Assembly (NCBI GenBank): GCA_965214405.1
Contig: OZ243956.1
Location: 1,984,001-2,048,000 of the forward strand
Source: Trueperaceae bacterium
GTDB taxonomy: Bacteria > Deinococcota > Deinococci > Deinococcales > Trueperaceae
Direction: 5' to 3'
DNA length: 64,000 nucleotides
Shown here: piece by piece, positions 18,324-27,696 of the stretch
Numbering within the stretch: the first letter of the stretch is position 1
How the letters are laid out: each line of letters starts with the position of its first letter
The notes under the pieces: generated by a model
Told to the model about the DNA's origin: nothing
Seen by the model: the letters and a program-made list of their open reading frames with translations, nothing else
Database searches by the model: none
Made by a program: the position numbers and the translations under genes

Positions 18324-19444
18324 CGACGCTGCCCAAGCGTTTAGAAGATAAAGGCAACAAAGCGCTGGATTTTGCCGAGGGGCAAGTCAAAACCCTCATC
18401 ACCAAGCATCCCGATTACTTTCCTCTTTTTACCGAAGGAGGCAAGTGGCAGCACGACAAGGAGCCGTGGACGCATTGGTGCGACGGCTTTTTAGCGGGCC
18501 TCATCTGGATGATGGCGCGGCGCACCGGCGACCCCTGGTGGCGCGAGCGGGCGGAGCACTACAGCCTCCTGTTAGAAGAGAGGCAGTTCGACCGGAACGT
18601 TCACGACCTCGGCTTCGTCTTCTGGTCGAGCTGGAAAAAATGGCTCGAGATGACCGAAGATGCAGAAGAAAGAGAACGCATCAACAAGGTCATCGTGCAG
18701 GCGGGCAAGACGATGGGGCTCCGCTACAACGAGAAAGGCAAGTACCTGCGCTCTTTTGTCGCGCCCGAAAGTTGCTTTATCGACATCATGATGAACGTGG
18801 GTATCATCTTTTACGCCGCCCAGCAGAGTGGGGATGAGGCGCTCTACGAGAATGTGCTCGAGCACTGCCTGACCACCAGACGCTATCTGGTGCGGGGCGA
18901 CGGCAGCACCGCCCACGAAGGGATATTCGATTTGGAGACGGGGCAGTTTTTGCGCCAGACCACCCACCAGGGTTGGCGCGATGACTCATCCTGGGCGCGG
19001 GGGCAGAGCTGGGCTCTGTACGGCTTCGGCACCGTGTACACCTATACCGGGGACGAACGCTTTTTGGACACCGCCGAGCGCTGCGCGGACTTCTATATGT
19101 CGCGCACGCCGGAAGGCATCCCCCCCAATGACTGGGAAGAGCCGAACCCCAAAGAAGCCTACGAGTCTTCAGCCGCCGCGATCGCCGCGGGTGGTTTCCG
19201 GCAGCTCGCCAAGCTCACCAAAGACGCCGACAAGGCCGCCCGCTACGAGGCCTACGCGCTCAAAATTTTAGAGCGGCTGTGCAGCCCCGAATTCTTGGCA
19301 ATAGACACACCGGGCTGGGAAGGTATTTTGATGAAAGGCTCGTACCACGAAACCCTGGGCTTGGGCGTTTCCGAGAGTGTCATGTGGGGCGAATACTTCT
19401 TTATCAACAGCCTGGACACGGTTTTGCGCGAACCGAGCGTATAA
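18320..19444 (+). CDS. Glycoside hydrolase family 88 (unsaturated glucuronyl hydrolase-like)
   Basis: 'HDLGF', 'IDIMMN', 'WARGQSWALYGF', 'SSAAAIAA'. Confidence 0.88.
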   Translation: MTTLPKRLEDKGNKALDFAEGQVKTLITKHPDYFPLFTEGGKWQHDKEPWTHWCDGFLAGLIWMMARRTGDPWWRERAEHYSLLLEERQFDRNVHDLGFVFWSSWKKWLEMTEDAEERERINKVIVQAGKTMGLRYNEKGKYLRSFVAPESCFIDIMMNVGIIFYAAQQSGDEALYENVLEHCLTTRRYLVRGDGSTAHEGIFDLETGQFLRQTTHQGWRDDSSWARGQSWALYGFGTVYTYTGDERFLDTAERCADFYMSRTPEGIPPNDWEEPNPKEAYESSAAAIAAGGFRQLAKLTKDADKAARYEAYALKILERLCSPEFLAIDTPGWEGILMKGSYHETLGLGVSESVMWGEYFFINSLDTVLREPSV

Positions 19445-19830
19445 GTTAAACTCAGACCATTCATGAAGGCGCTCTTACCGACCACCGTAGACTTCACGCC
19501 CCCGGAGGTAAGCGGCGTCACCTTCGCCCCTTTTGAGCCCGACCGTCCTTTCCAGTCCCCACCGAAAGCCAAATAACCCAGAAACTGCGCCACCTGACCC
19601 GTGGGCGGGACACGAGGATAATCTGCTTGCTGGACCTCGGAGCGACCAGCAAGCGCGTGAGCTGCGTTGCCATATGGGGCGTTATAGCGCTTCGGAAGGT
19701 CTTCGGATTTTATAGCGGTGAACAAATTGCTTTTCGTTCAAGGTAACGACTTCAGGTCGAGTAGGCGTGCGCGAACTCAGCGTACGAAGCCTGAAATGAG
19801 AGATATGCTCCCCTTTTTGAATCGAGCCCC

Positions 19831-19859
19831 TTGACAACGCGCTCGGCATCTGTCAGGTT
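19831..19859 (+). promoter_or_regulatory. Candidate promoter of the MFS leader region
   Basis: TTGACA-17nt-CAGGTT, with ATG 6 nt downstream (leaderless geometry). Confidence 0.5.
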
Positions 19860-20101
19860 AAGAGGATGTCAACCGTCGCCGCTCAGCTTTGACTGGGTGA
19901 ACGCTAAAAGAAGACGATGAACCACTCGAGTAACCAGCGCGAGTCTTTTGCTCTGGCTCTTACGCTGACTCTTGTGCCGTCGTACGTCTTTTTCGTGGTG
20001 GTTTTTCGGCGCGTTTTTTCGTTGTGCGCCTCTCTGCGTCACCCTCCTACAGTTCAACCTTGACTGCGTGAGACCCCCTCTCACGGTTTGGACGGTGACG
20101 T

Positions 20102-21349
20102 TTGTTTCCCCTCTTGCCCCACCGCTTTTCCCCCTACCAGGTCTATCTGGTCTTCTCAGGCGTGAGCGCGTTTTCCTTTACGCTTTTCGGCCTGCTCTCG
20201 TCGGTTTACCGCTTCGAAACCGCCGGGCTCGGCCCGCTCCAACTCATTTTGGTAGGCACCGTGCTCGAGCTTTCGGTGTTTCTCTTTGAAGTCCCTACCG
20301 GGGTGGTCGCAGACGTTTACGGCCGCCGCCGCAGCGTCATCACCGGAACACTGCTTATCGGTTTGGGCTTCGCGCTCGAGGGGGCGCTGCCTTTTTTCGT
20401 TACCGTCCTCCTAGCTCAGGCCGTCTGGGGCATCGGCAGCACCTTTGAAAGCGGCGCGTTGGAAGCTTGGGTCGCGGACGAAATAGGAGAACAAAGGGTG
20501 GGCGAGGCGTTTTTGCGCGGCGCTCAAGTGGCGCAAGTCTCCGCGTTCGTCGCGGTTCCTGTCGGGACGGCGCTCGGCAGCGTTTACTTGGGGTTTCCCA
20601 TGCGGATGGCGGGCGGGGTCTACTTCCTTCTCGCCCTGTTTCTCGTTTTATACATGCGAGAACGCGCCTTTACACCTGAGCCCGGCGCCGCGCGGCGCCC
20701 TATCAAGACGATGCACGGTACCCTTAACCGAGGGCTTAAGGTGGCGAGGCGTACGCCCTTTATCCTCACCATCTTTTTGATTAGCGCCATTTTGGGCGCA
20801 TCCTCGGAGACGTTCGATAGACTCTGGGAAGCGCACTTTTTGGCGAACGTCGGCTTTCCGGAGCCGTTCACCCCCGTTGTCTGGTTCGGCCTCATCAACG
20901 CCGTGCTCATGCTCGTCACGCTCGCCGTAACGGAGAGCTTGCGGCGGCGCGTCGACACGAACGCCCACGTCGCGGTGGCGCGGGCTCTGCTCGTGATCAA
21001 TCTGTTCTTGACGCTCAGCGTCGTTCTTTTTGGGCTTGCTGGCAACTTCTGGTTGGCGCTCACCTTTTACGGCGCGTCGGTGGTTTTGAGAACGACCCAC
21101 CGTCCCCTTTACCGCGCCTGGTTAAACCAGCGGCTCGAGCGTAAAACCAGGGCCACCGTCTTTAGCCTGAACGCGCAGATGGACGCGCTCGGGCAGATTG
21201 CAGGTGGGCCGCTACTCGGGCTCGCGGCGGCTCTTTACGGTATGCCTTGGGCGCTGGTGCTCTCGGGACTTCTTCTACTCCCGGCGAGCTATCTATACGT
21301 CTCTACTTTACGGCGCGCCACGCTTTCAGAAGAGAAGCCGGTGGGTTAG
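20102..21349 (+). CDS. MFS efflux transporter, TetA(P)-like
   Basis: 'PLQLILVGTVLE...FEVPTGVVADVYGRR', 'SGALEAWVADE' resemble TetA(P)-family sequences as I recall them; 12-TM pattern. Confidence 0.8.
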   Translation: MFPLLPHRFSPYQVYLVFSGVSAFSFTLFGLLSSVYRFETAGLGPLQLILVGTVLELSVFLFEVPTGVVADVYGRRRSVITGTLLIGLGFALEGALPFFVTVLLAQAVWGIGSTFESGALEAWVADEIGEQRVGEAFLRGAQVAQVSAFVAVPVGTALGSVYLGFPMRMAGGVYFLLALFLVLYMRERAFTPEPGAARRPIKTMHGTLNRGLKVARRTPFILTIFLISAILGASSETFDRLWEAHFLANVGFPEPFTPVVWFGLINAVLMLVTLAVTESLRRRVDTNAHVAVARALLVINLFLTLSVVLFGLAGNFWLALTFYGASVVLRTTHRPLYRAWLNQRLERKTRATVFSLNAQMDALGQIAGGPLLGLAAALYGMPWALVLSGLLLLPASYLYVSTLRRATLSEEKPVG

Positions 21350-21445
21350 GACCCGCGGGAGGGTGAACTGCAACTGACCGAAAAGGGGAAGTGACATGAA
21401 ATGCCGGGTGGGCTGTTAAGAGACTGTCGCGCGTGAGTCGCACAG

Positions 21446-22230
21446 TGAGCGCGCCCCGCTCACGCCGTAGACGAGTCGAGCAACAAGAGCAGTCCCCCTC
21501 TGAAAAAGCGCGGTCCCATCCGTCCCGCCCAAGCGTGCTGCGGCAGGGCGCGCCGGACGAGGGTCGTCACCGCCGACACGACGCTCAAGAAAGCGCCTCC
21601 GAAAAGCACCCCGAACGCGAAAAGGCCCAGCAGCGAACTCGAGGCCAGCGGGCGTCGCCGCGCCCACCGCCACGATGGCTAAGATGACTAAGAGCAAAGC
21701 GAGCGCCCGGCCGCCACGCGTTCCCCCGAGCAAACGGCCCCACAAAAAAGCGGAGAAAAAGGTACTTGCTCCTAAAGCTAACCCAAAGACACCTGCCCTG
21801 CGCCCGCTCCCTGGTCTCGCAGAATCGCCACCACAGAGGTTATGTAGGTGACGTAACCGAGCCCGAACAGAAAACCCACCACGAGCGAGGGGAGTAGAGC
21901 TGCGCCAAAAATCTCTCCCGGACTTCCCGGTGGTTGCTCAGCCGGTTCCGGCAGCGCTCGCGCCGCGCGCCCGCCGGTGAGGGTGGCGGTGAAGGAGAAG
22001 CCGCCGCTGACGAGCCAAGCCAGCGGCCAGGCCGCGGCGCTACGCTCGAGCACCGCTCCAACAAAACGCGCTTCGCCAAGAAAATACTTGTCAAAGGTCA
22101 CGCGCGAGACGCCGGAGCACTCGAAGAGTTTGTTGACGCCCAAATGCGTCCCGTGCCGGTAGAAAAGCTCGGCAGCGGTGCTGAGGAGGCGTTCGCGGCC
22201 GGACGAAGAGGTTTCACTGTCCGTCACAGA
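21446..22230 (-). pseudogene. Decayed chimera: TetR HTH fragment joined to YbfB/YjiJ-like MFS fragments
   Basis: 'RERLLSTAAELFYRHG...SGVSRVTFDKYF' followed by 'FLFGLGYVTYITSVVA' and 'WGRLLG'; interrupted frames. Confidence 0.6.
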
Positions 22231-22341
22231 ACGAGTATAAGCATGGTCTTTCCTACTGTTAGCGTTGCCTTTGGCTGGATTCACTGCTCCGAGCCTTTCG
22301 CGGCTCCTAAAGGTGTTAATGGCCCGTCAAATGCGCAAGTG

Positions 22342-22373
22342 CAAAGCAGCAAACGCGCGCAACAGCCGCATTG
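22342..22373. repeat. Degenerate 13-6-13 palindromic site A, upstream of the recombinase
   Basis: caaagcagcaaac-GCGCGC-aacagccgcattg. Confidence 0.5.
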
Positions 22374-22439
22374 CCACTGCCGCCTCTCAAAAGCGTTTTG
22401 GCATCAACCTCCGTGCAGACTACAGCTCGGAGGTTCTTT

Positions 22440-23330
22440 ATGGACGAGCAAAAAATCCTTACGTTGGCAAGCTGTATTTCTGCCTATCTCAAAGCCCGCA
22501 AGCTAGACGGCTATAGCGACAAGACACTCTATTCCTACAAACTGCATCTGAAACGTTTGGCTTCAGGTCTGGGCGATGGCACTCCTGTTGACGCCATCAG
22601 GCTCGAGCACCTGCGCGCCCACCTCGCAAGCCTGACGCACCTACAGACGTCGAGCCTGGCGAACAAAGTCCGCTCCCTCAAAGCCTTCTTCAAGTGGCTC
22701 TACAAAGAGGAAATTCTGGAGCGCAACCCCGCGCTGAAACTCCGAGAACCGCGCCTGCCCGCGAGGATACCGAAAGCACTCTCAGTTGAAGAAGTAGAGC
22801 TATTACGTGACGCTTGTGAGAGCCTGCTGGAGCATGCCCTCATCGAGTTCTTCTTCGCCACCGGCTGCCGCGTCAGCGAGATCCATCAGCTCGACCGCAT
22901 CGACCTCGACTGGGTGCGCCGAAGTGCAGTTGTGCTCGGCAAAGGCAGTAAAGAGCGCGAGGTCTACTTTGGCGCAAAGGCGGCGCTGTGGCTGAAGCGC
23001 TACTTAGACAGCCGCTCCGATAGCTGCCTCGCCCTGTTTGTGACGAAGCGCCGAAGACGACAGAAGGACGGTGCGCTGCAGCATCAGCGCCTAAGCACCT
23101 CGCAGATGCAGCGTACATTCAAGAAGGTAGCGGAGCGCTGCGGCTTGGAGGAGAAGGTGACGCCGCACGTGCTGCGACATACGCTCGCCACGCTATTACT
23201 CAATCAGGGTGCACCTATCGCCGCTGTGCAGTCGATCCTTGGTCATGCCTCGCCGAATACCACGCAGCTCTACGTCAACCTCTCCGGGGAGTCCCGGCAG
23301 ATGCTCTATAGAAGGCACTTTCCGCAGTAG
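22440..23330 (+). CDS. Xer-like tyrosine recombinase/integrase
   Basis: Complete catalytic set: R (TGCRVSE), K (GKGSKER), HxxR (HVLRH), H (LGHAS), Y (TQLY); N-terminal SAM-like domain; GGAGG RBS. Confidence 0.93.
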   Translation: MDEQKILTLASCISAYLKARKLDGYSDKTLYSYKLHLKRLASGLGDGTPVDAIRLEHLRAHLASLTHLQTSSLANKVRSLKAFFKWLYKEEILERNPALKLREPRLPARIPKALSVEEVELLRDACESLLEHALIEFFFATGCRVSEIHQLDRIDLDWVRRSAVVLGKGSKEREVYFGAKAALWLKRYLDSRSDSCLALFVTKRRRRQKDGALQHQRLSTSQMQRTFKKVAERCGLEEKVTPHVLRHTLATLLLNQGAPIAAVQSILGHASPNTTQLYVNLSGESRQMLYRRHFPQ

Positions 23331-23352
23331 GTACAAGGACCGCTTTTTACGG

Positions 23353-23925
23353 TTAGGGCAGCCGAGTGTCGATGATCCCGGAGTCGTCGAATACGCGCAG
23401 AGAGCTACCCTCAAGTAGCCTGTCCGGGAACACTGCGAGGTTTAGGGTTGCAGGGTTTTTCGCAGAGGGCACGAGCAACGCTTCTACGTCGCCGCGCTCG
23501 AAGCTGACGCGTCCGATCACGTGCGTAACTGGCGTCTGGTTGCGCCGCAGGTCTTCGCGCCAGGGTGCGATAACTTCTTCTACCGTCAAACCTAGCGTTC
23601 GCAAAGCCTTGTCGCGCAACTGGAGTACACGCTGAAGCGTGCATTCGACCGACAACACAATCCTTGGCGGCCCTTTGACACCTTGGAGGTCGCTGTCAGT
23701 TCGTAGCAGCGCTTCGACCTCTTCCAAGGCAGTCACAGGGCTGTCGGCTAGATAGAGGACCTCGAACGCGTCCGCAGGATTGTAGCGTCCACCGAAATGG
23801 TACGACCCGACTGCAGACAGCGCTGTAGCGGCATATTTCGCGTGGATAACGCGGAAGAAGGTTTGTTCTAAAGATGTTGGTTCGAGGGACTGAAGCGCGG
23901 ACGCAAGCTCCGTCGCGTCCGCCAC
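23353..23925 (-). CDS. RES-domain toxin (NAD+-targeting, MbcT/ParT-like)
   Basis: 'GGRYN', 'LYLA...ALEE', 'VPSA...NLAVF'; overlaps antitoxin stop. Confidence 0.88.
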   Translation of the reverse strand: MADATELASALQSLEPTSLEQTFFRVIHAKYAATALSAVGSYHFGGRYNPADAFEVLYLADSPVTALEEVEALLRTDSDLQGVKGPPRIVLSVECTLQRVLQLRDKALRTLGLTVEEVIAPWREDLRRNQTPVTHVIGRVSFERGDVEALLVPSAKNPATLNLAVFPDRLLEGSSLRVFDDSGIIDTRLP

Positions 23926-24296
23926 TAATCGGGCTGCCCAATCTCAATCGCGTAGACAAGGCTCTCGACGAGGTCCAGGCGGCCTTCCGCCAGGTAGTCT
24001 AGCGGCTTCGCGTTCCCTAATGCCGGATGGGGCGCTTTAAGCCAGACACGGACTAAGCTCATATCTCCGTCAAGAAGCTCGCGTAGCGTCGTAATAAGCT
24101 TGACCAACCGCTCTAGTTGAGGTTGTAGATGGGGCGAAGCAGGATTCTTTCCTAAACCTCTAGGAGTATAGCTCACCACGCCCGCCATTTCCTTTTGAGA
24201 AATAGAGAGAATATCCGCTAATCGCTTAGCGTCGTAGCGCCCCGTGGCGGGGTCATGTGCGCTGAGTAAGGTGTGGTCGAGCAAGCTTGTTGCCAT
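23925..24296 (-). CDS. Xre/MbcA/ParS antitoxin
   Basis: HTH plus 'WLKAPHPALGNAKPLDYL'; promoter TTGACC-17-TATACT-5nt-ATG. Confidence 0.88.
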   Translation of the reverse strand: MATSLLDHTLLSAHDPATGRYDAKRLADILSISQKEMAGVVSYTPRGLGKNPASPHLQPQLERLVKLITTLRELLDGDMSLVRVWLKAPHPALGNAKPLDYLAEGRLDLVESLVYAIEIGQPD

Positions 24297-24375
24297 AGCT
24301 CAGTATAAACTGTGCGCTTGCATGGGTCAATGATCGTTCACTATCTGTTCTTCTAGTTGAGTGCATGTAGGCTCC

Positions 24376-24407
24376 TTCTGCGCCAAACGCGCGCGTTCGT
24401 TGCACAA
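24376..24407. repeat. 13-6-13 palindromic site B
   Basis: ttctgcgccaaac-GCGCGC-gttcgttgcacaa. Confidence 0.8.
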
Positions 24408-24541
24408 AGCGAGGCATTTAACCTCCAGAGCGCCTGCACGAGCGGCGCACCCCAGGCGAGGAGGCGCGCTTTATCTGTGGACGCCAGTGGTTCGCTCTGG
24501 ATCATGTGGGGTCATCTTCTGCCATCTCTCGTTGAGGCTGG

Positions 24542-25966
24542 TTAAAGCAAGGGTGACATCACCGCTTCGCTACCCAGAAAGTAACGCGTCCCGCCCACGT
24601 CGACAAATAGCAGCCGCTGGTTACGGTGCTCCCCCACAAAAGCTGCCGCCACATCGCCGTCTCGAAGCCCTTCCGAAAGGATGCGCCCGTCAAACTCATC
24701 CGGACCTGCTAAATCCAGCAATGTGCTCACCGTCGGGGCGATATCGGTGGTGCCGCTCGGCTGCTCGCTCACAACGCCAGCTCTAAAACTCGGGCCGTAA
24801 GCGAGGCAAAAGGCGCGCAGGTCGTAGGGCGACGCGCTCCCGTGCGTGGCTTTAAGCGACGCCAAAGACGTGAGCGCGTCGACTGTACCGGGCACGCCAA
24901 AGGCGTTAGGCGCGTCTGACCAGGCGGCGCTCACCGCAAAGAGCGGCTGGCGACCCAAGGAACACACGCCTTGCACCGCCTCGAGCGCGACCGTACCGGG
25001 TACCGACGCGTCACTTGCGAAGACCACGTCGCACCAGGGCTGCGCGTTTAGCCACGACGCGAGCGCCGTTAGGTCTGGCTCGCTTGGCACGGTTCCGGGC
25101 GGGCTGTAGATCGCGTCTCCCACAGCCATAAATCGGGAATTCAGCTTTAGATGTTCATGCGCTGGACCCAAATACTCTCCAAGTGAGCGGTGCGCTTTGA
25201 CGCTCGAGTGCCCGTGGTCGCTCACCAAAAACAGGTCGGTGTCGTCTGCAAACCCTCTATCTTCCAAGGCCTCGAGCACACGCGCGATGCACCCGTCGAC
25301 CACGCGCAGCGCCTCCCCAGCCTCGGGCGAGCCGAGGCCGTAAAAGTGTTGGCTTGAGTCGGGCTCGGACAACCACAACACCATGACCTGGTTGGCGGGG
25401 TCGTCGAGCAGCACGTCGACAAGCACCTCGGTTGCCCAACGCGCGCGCTCGAGTTTACTTCGGCCCCTTTCTTCCGGCACCGGGCCGAGCTTTTCATGGA
25501 GCGCCAGCAGGTCGGGCTCGCCAAAGTGCGACGACGGGTTGAGGACGCGGCTCGGGTGCCGCGGGTTCCAGAGCAAGGACGCGCCGGGGGAGCTCGAGGC
25601 CGCCACCGCCAGCCGCGCCCCCCGCGCGTGGAGCCGGTCACCCAAGGTCGGCGCTGCGACAAAGGGACCGAGCTGAGCCTCGAAGCTTCGAAGATGCCTG
25701 TCGTTAGAGGTGTCGATAAGCCCGTCCTCGCCCGCGCCGGGCACGACCATGAGGTTGGCTAGCACCCCGTGCTTGCCCGGCTTTACGCCCGTCGTGAACG
25801 TCGTCATGTTGACGCGCGTGTGGGGCGGGTAAGCGGCATAAAAGGCGTTAAAAAGGGTGCCTTCCTTAGCGAGGCGGGTGTAGGTCGGCATGAGGTCGGG
25901 GCTCACCAAGTCCGGCCTCAGCCCGTCCGCGCCGATGATAATGACGCGCTTCTGGTTAGCGGGCAT
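24542..25966 (-). CDS. Alkaline phosphatase superfamily nucleotide pyrophosphatase/phosphodiesterase
   Basis: 'IIIGADGLRPD', Thr nucleophile 'PPHTRVN', 'EPDSSQH', 'SDHGH', 'THGS'. Confidence 0.88.
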   Translation of the reverse strand: MPANQKRVIIIGADGLRPDLVSPDLMPTYTRLAKEGTLFNAFYAAYPPHTRVNMTTFTTGVKPGKHGVLANLMVVPGAGEDGLIDTSNDRHLRSFEAQLGPFVAAPTLGDRLHARGARLAVAASSSPGASLLWNPRHPSRVLNPSSHFGEPDLLALHEKLGPVPEERGRSKLERARWATEVLVDVLLDDPANQVMVLWLSEPDSSQHFYGLGSPEAGEALRVVDGCIARVLEALEDRGFADDTDLFLVSDHGHSSVKAHRSLGEYLGPAHEHLKLNSRFMAVGDAIYSPPGTVPSEPDLTALASWLNAQPWCDVVFASDASVPGTVALEAVQGVCSLGRQPLFAVSAAWSDAPNAFGVPGTVDALTSLASLKATHGSASPYDLRAFCLAYGPSFRAGVVSEQPSGTTDIAPTVSTLLDLAGPDEFDGRILSEGLRDGDVAAAFVGEHRNQRLLFVDVGGTRYFLGSEAVMSPLL

Positions 25967-25997
25967 GAACGCTCCTCATGGGCACTCCTAAAGAAAA

Positions 25998-26016
25998 GCC
26001 CCGCTTGTGGCGGGGC
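25998..26016 (-). terminator. Stem-loop after the SBP gene (attenuator or mRNA stabiliser)
   Basis: gccccgc-ttgtg-gcggggc followed by TTTT on the minus strand. Confidence 0.55.
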
Positions 26017-26022
26017 CGAAGC

Positions 26023-27612
26023 TTACTCGAAACTCAGGTTGTCGGCGCGTAGGTCCATAAAGTAGAAGCTGTAGAGTTGCCACTGGATATCCTTACGGAC
26101 GCCGTAGGACTCGAGCGGCTGGTAGAGCACCGTACCGGGCGCCTCGTCCTCCCAGACGTCGAGCATCCGCTGGTAAGCGTCGTAGCGCGCGTTCACGTCG
26201 AGCGTGGCGCGAGCCATATTACCGAGGTCGTTATATTCCGCGGGCGGCGTCCAGTAGCCCCCAGCCTGGGGCGTGCCCTGGGGTCCCCAGGAGCGGAAGA
26301 GGCTGCCGTCGAAGTCGGGATAAATGGCCGAGTTCGACCAGTTCACCACCATCGAATCGGAGTCGTCTGCGGGCAGGCTCGGCTGGTCGGCGGTCTGCAC
26401 CTCGGCGTTGATGCCCACGCCGCGCCACATCTCCACGATCGCCTGTGCCGCCTGGAGGCCGTTCGTGTAGTAAGTGGGGCTGGTCCTGAAGACGATGGTC
26501 TCGCCCCCGTAGCCGGACGCTTCAACGAGGGCGCGCGCCCTTTCGGGGTCGTACGCGGGCTGGGACCGGTCGGGGTTGTACAGCGCGCCGTACTCGGGAT
26601 ATTGATGCCCCCGCGGCACGACGGCCTCTCCACCCCAGAGCGCGTCCGAGAGGAGTTGGCGGTCGATCGCTAGGTTCATCGCCTGGCGCAGACGCTCGTC
26701 TTGCAACACCGGGTGGCTCGTGTTGTAGCGCAGCACGTGCGTGTTCGCCAGCACGACACCGCGCGTCTCATAGTCGTCATAGCGGTTGATGGTCGCTAGC
26801 TGGTCGGGCGGGATGTTGGTCACGATACCCGCCTCGCCGTTGACGAGCGCGGTGATGCGGGCCGACACCTCCGGGATGACCCTAAAAGTGACCTCAGCCA
26901 CGGGGGGCGTCTCGCCCCAATAGGCGTCAAAGGCCCCTAACACGATGCGGTCGTCCGCGCGCATCTGGGCAAATTCGTAGGGGCCGGTGCCCACCGGGTT
27001 TTGCGCAAACCCGTCGAAGCCGACCTCCTCAAAGTAATTCTTGGGAACGATTTGCGCCGCCCACGAGGCGAGGCGCTGCTCGAGCAACGGGTCAGGCTCC
27101 TTGGTGATGATGCGGATCGTGGCGTCGTCGGGTGTTTCGATGCGGTCAAAGGTCGCAAAGTAGCCCTTGGCCTCGATGTAGGGGGAGTCGGGGTCGAGAA
27201 TCCGCTCAAAGGTAAATTTAACGTCCGCGCTGGTCAAGGGGTCGCCATTATGAAAGGTCACGTCGTCGCGCAGTTTAAGTTCTAACTCCGTGTCCGACAG
27301 GCGCTGCCAACTCGTTGCCAGCATGGGGACCAGTTCGTTGCCCCCGCCCTGACCGTCCGAGAGAAAGTTGCGTTCGATCAACGTGTCGTAAATATTATAA
27401 ATCACGCGGGTGCCGACGTTGCTCAGCTCGGTGGCGGGGTCCAAACCTCCGGGGTTGCCGGCGACCCCGACGACAAGGTTCGGACGATCTGCATTCTGCG
27501 CGAACGCGAGCGGGGAGAAGAGCGTAAAGAACAGGATGAGAAACAGAGTAAAAAACAGAGTAAAAAACGGGGTTGAGCGTAATAGGGTGAGATGTATGGG
27601 TGCGCTTTTCAT
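26023..27612 (-). CDS. ABC substrate-binding protein, family 5
   Basis: 'LRDDVTFHNGDPLTSADVKFTFER', 'PVGTGPY'; signal peptide ending AFA. Confidence 0.92.
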   Translation of the reverse strand: MKSAPIHLTLLRSTPFFTLFFTLFLILFFTLFSPLAFAQNADRPNLVVGVAGNPGGLDPATELSNVGTRVIYNIYDTLIERNFLSDGQGGGNELVPMLATSWQRLSDTELELKLRDDVTFHNGDPLTSADVKFTFERILDPDSPYIEAKGYFATFDRIETPDDATIRIITKEPDPLLEQRLASWAAQIVPKNYFEEVGFDGFAQNPVGTGPYEFAQMRADDRIVLGAFDAYWGETPPVAEVTFRVIPEVSARITALVNGEAGIVTNIPPDQLATINRYDDYETRGVVLANTHVLRYNTSHPVLQDERLRQAMNLAIDRQLLSDALWGGEAVVPRGHQYPEYGALYNPDRSQPAYDPERARALVEASGYGGETIVFRTSPTYYTNGLQAAQAIVEMWRGVGINAEVQTADQPSLPADDSDSMVVNWSNSAIYPDFDGSLFRSWGPQGTPQAGGYWTPPAEYNDLGNMARATLDVNARYDAYQRMLDVWEDEAPGTVLYQPLESYGVRKDIQWQLYSFYFMDLRADNLSFE

Positions 27613-27696
27613 GCTGCCTCCAGAGAGAAGATTCGAACGGTGAATGTGTCGGCCTTGCCAAACAGCTGCGGGTGTCTTACTCATCTCCTCTCGCTT

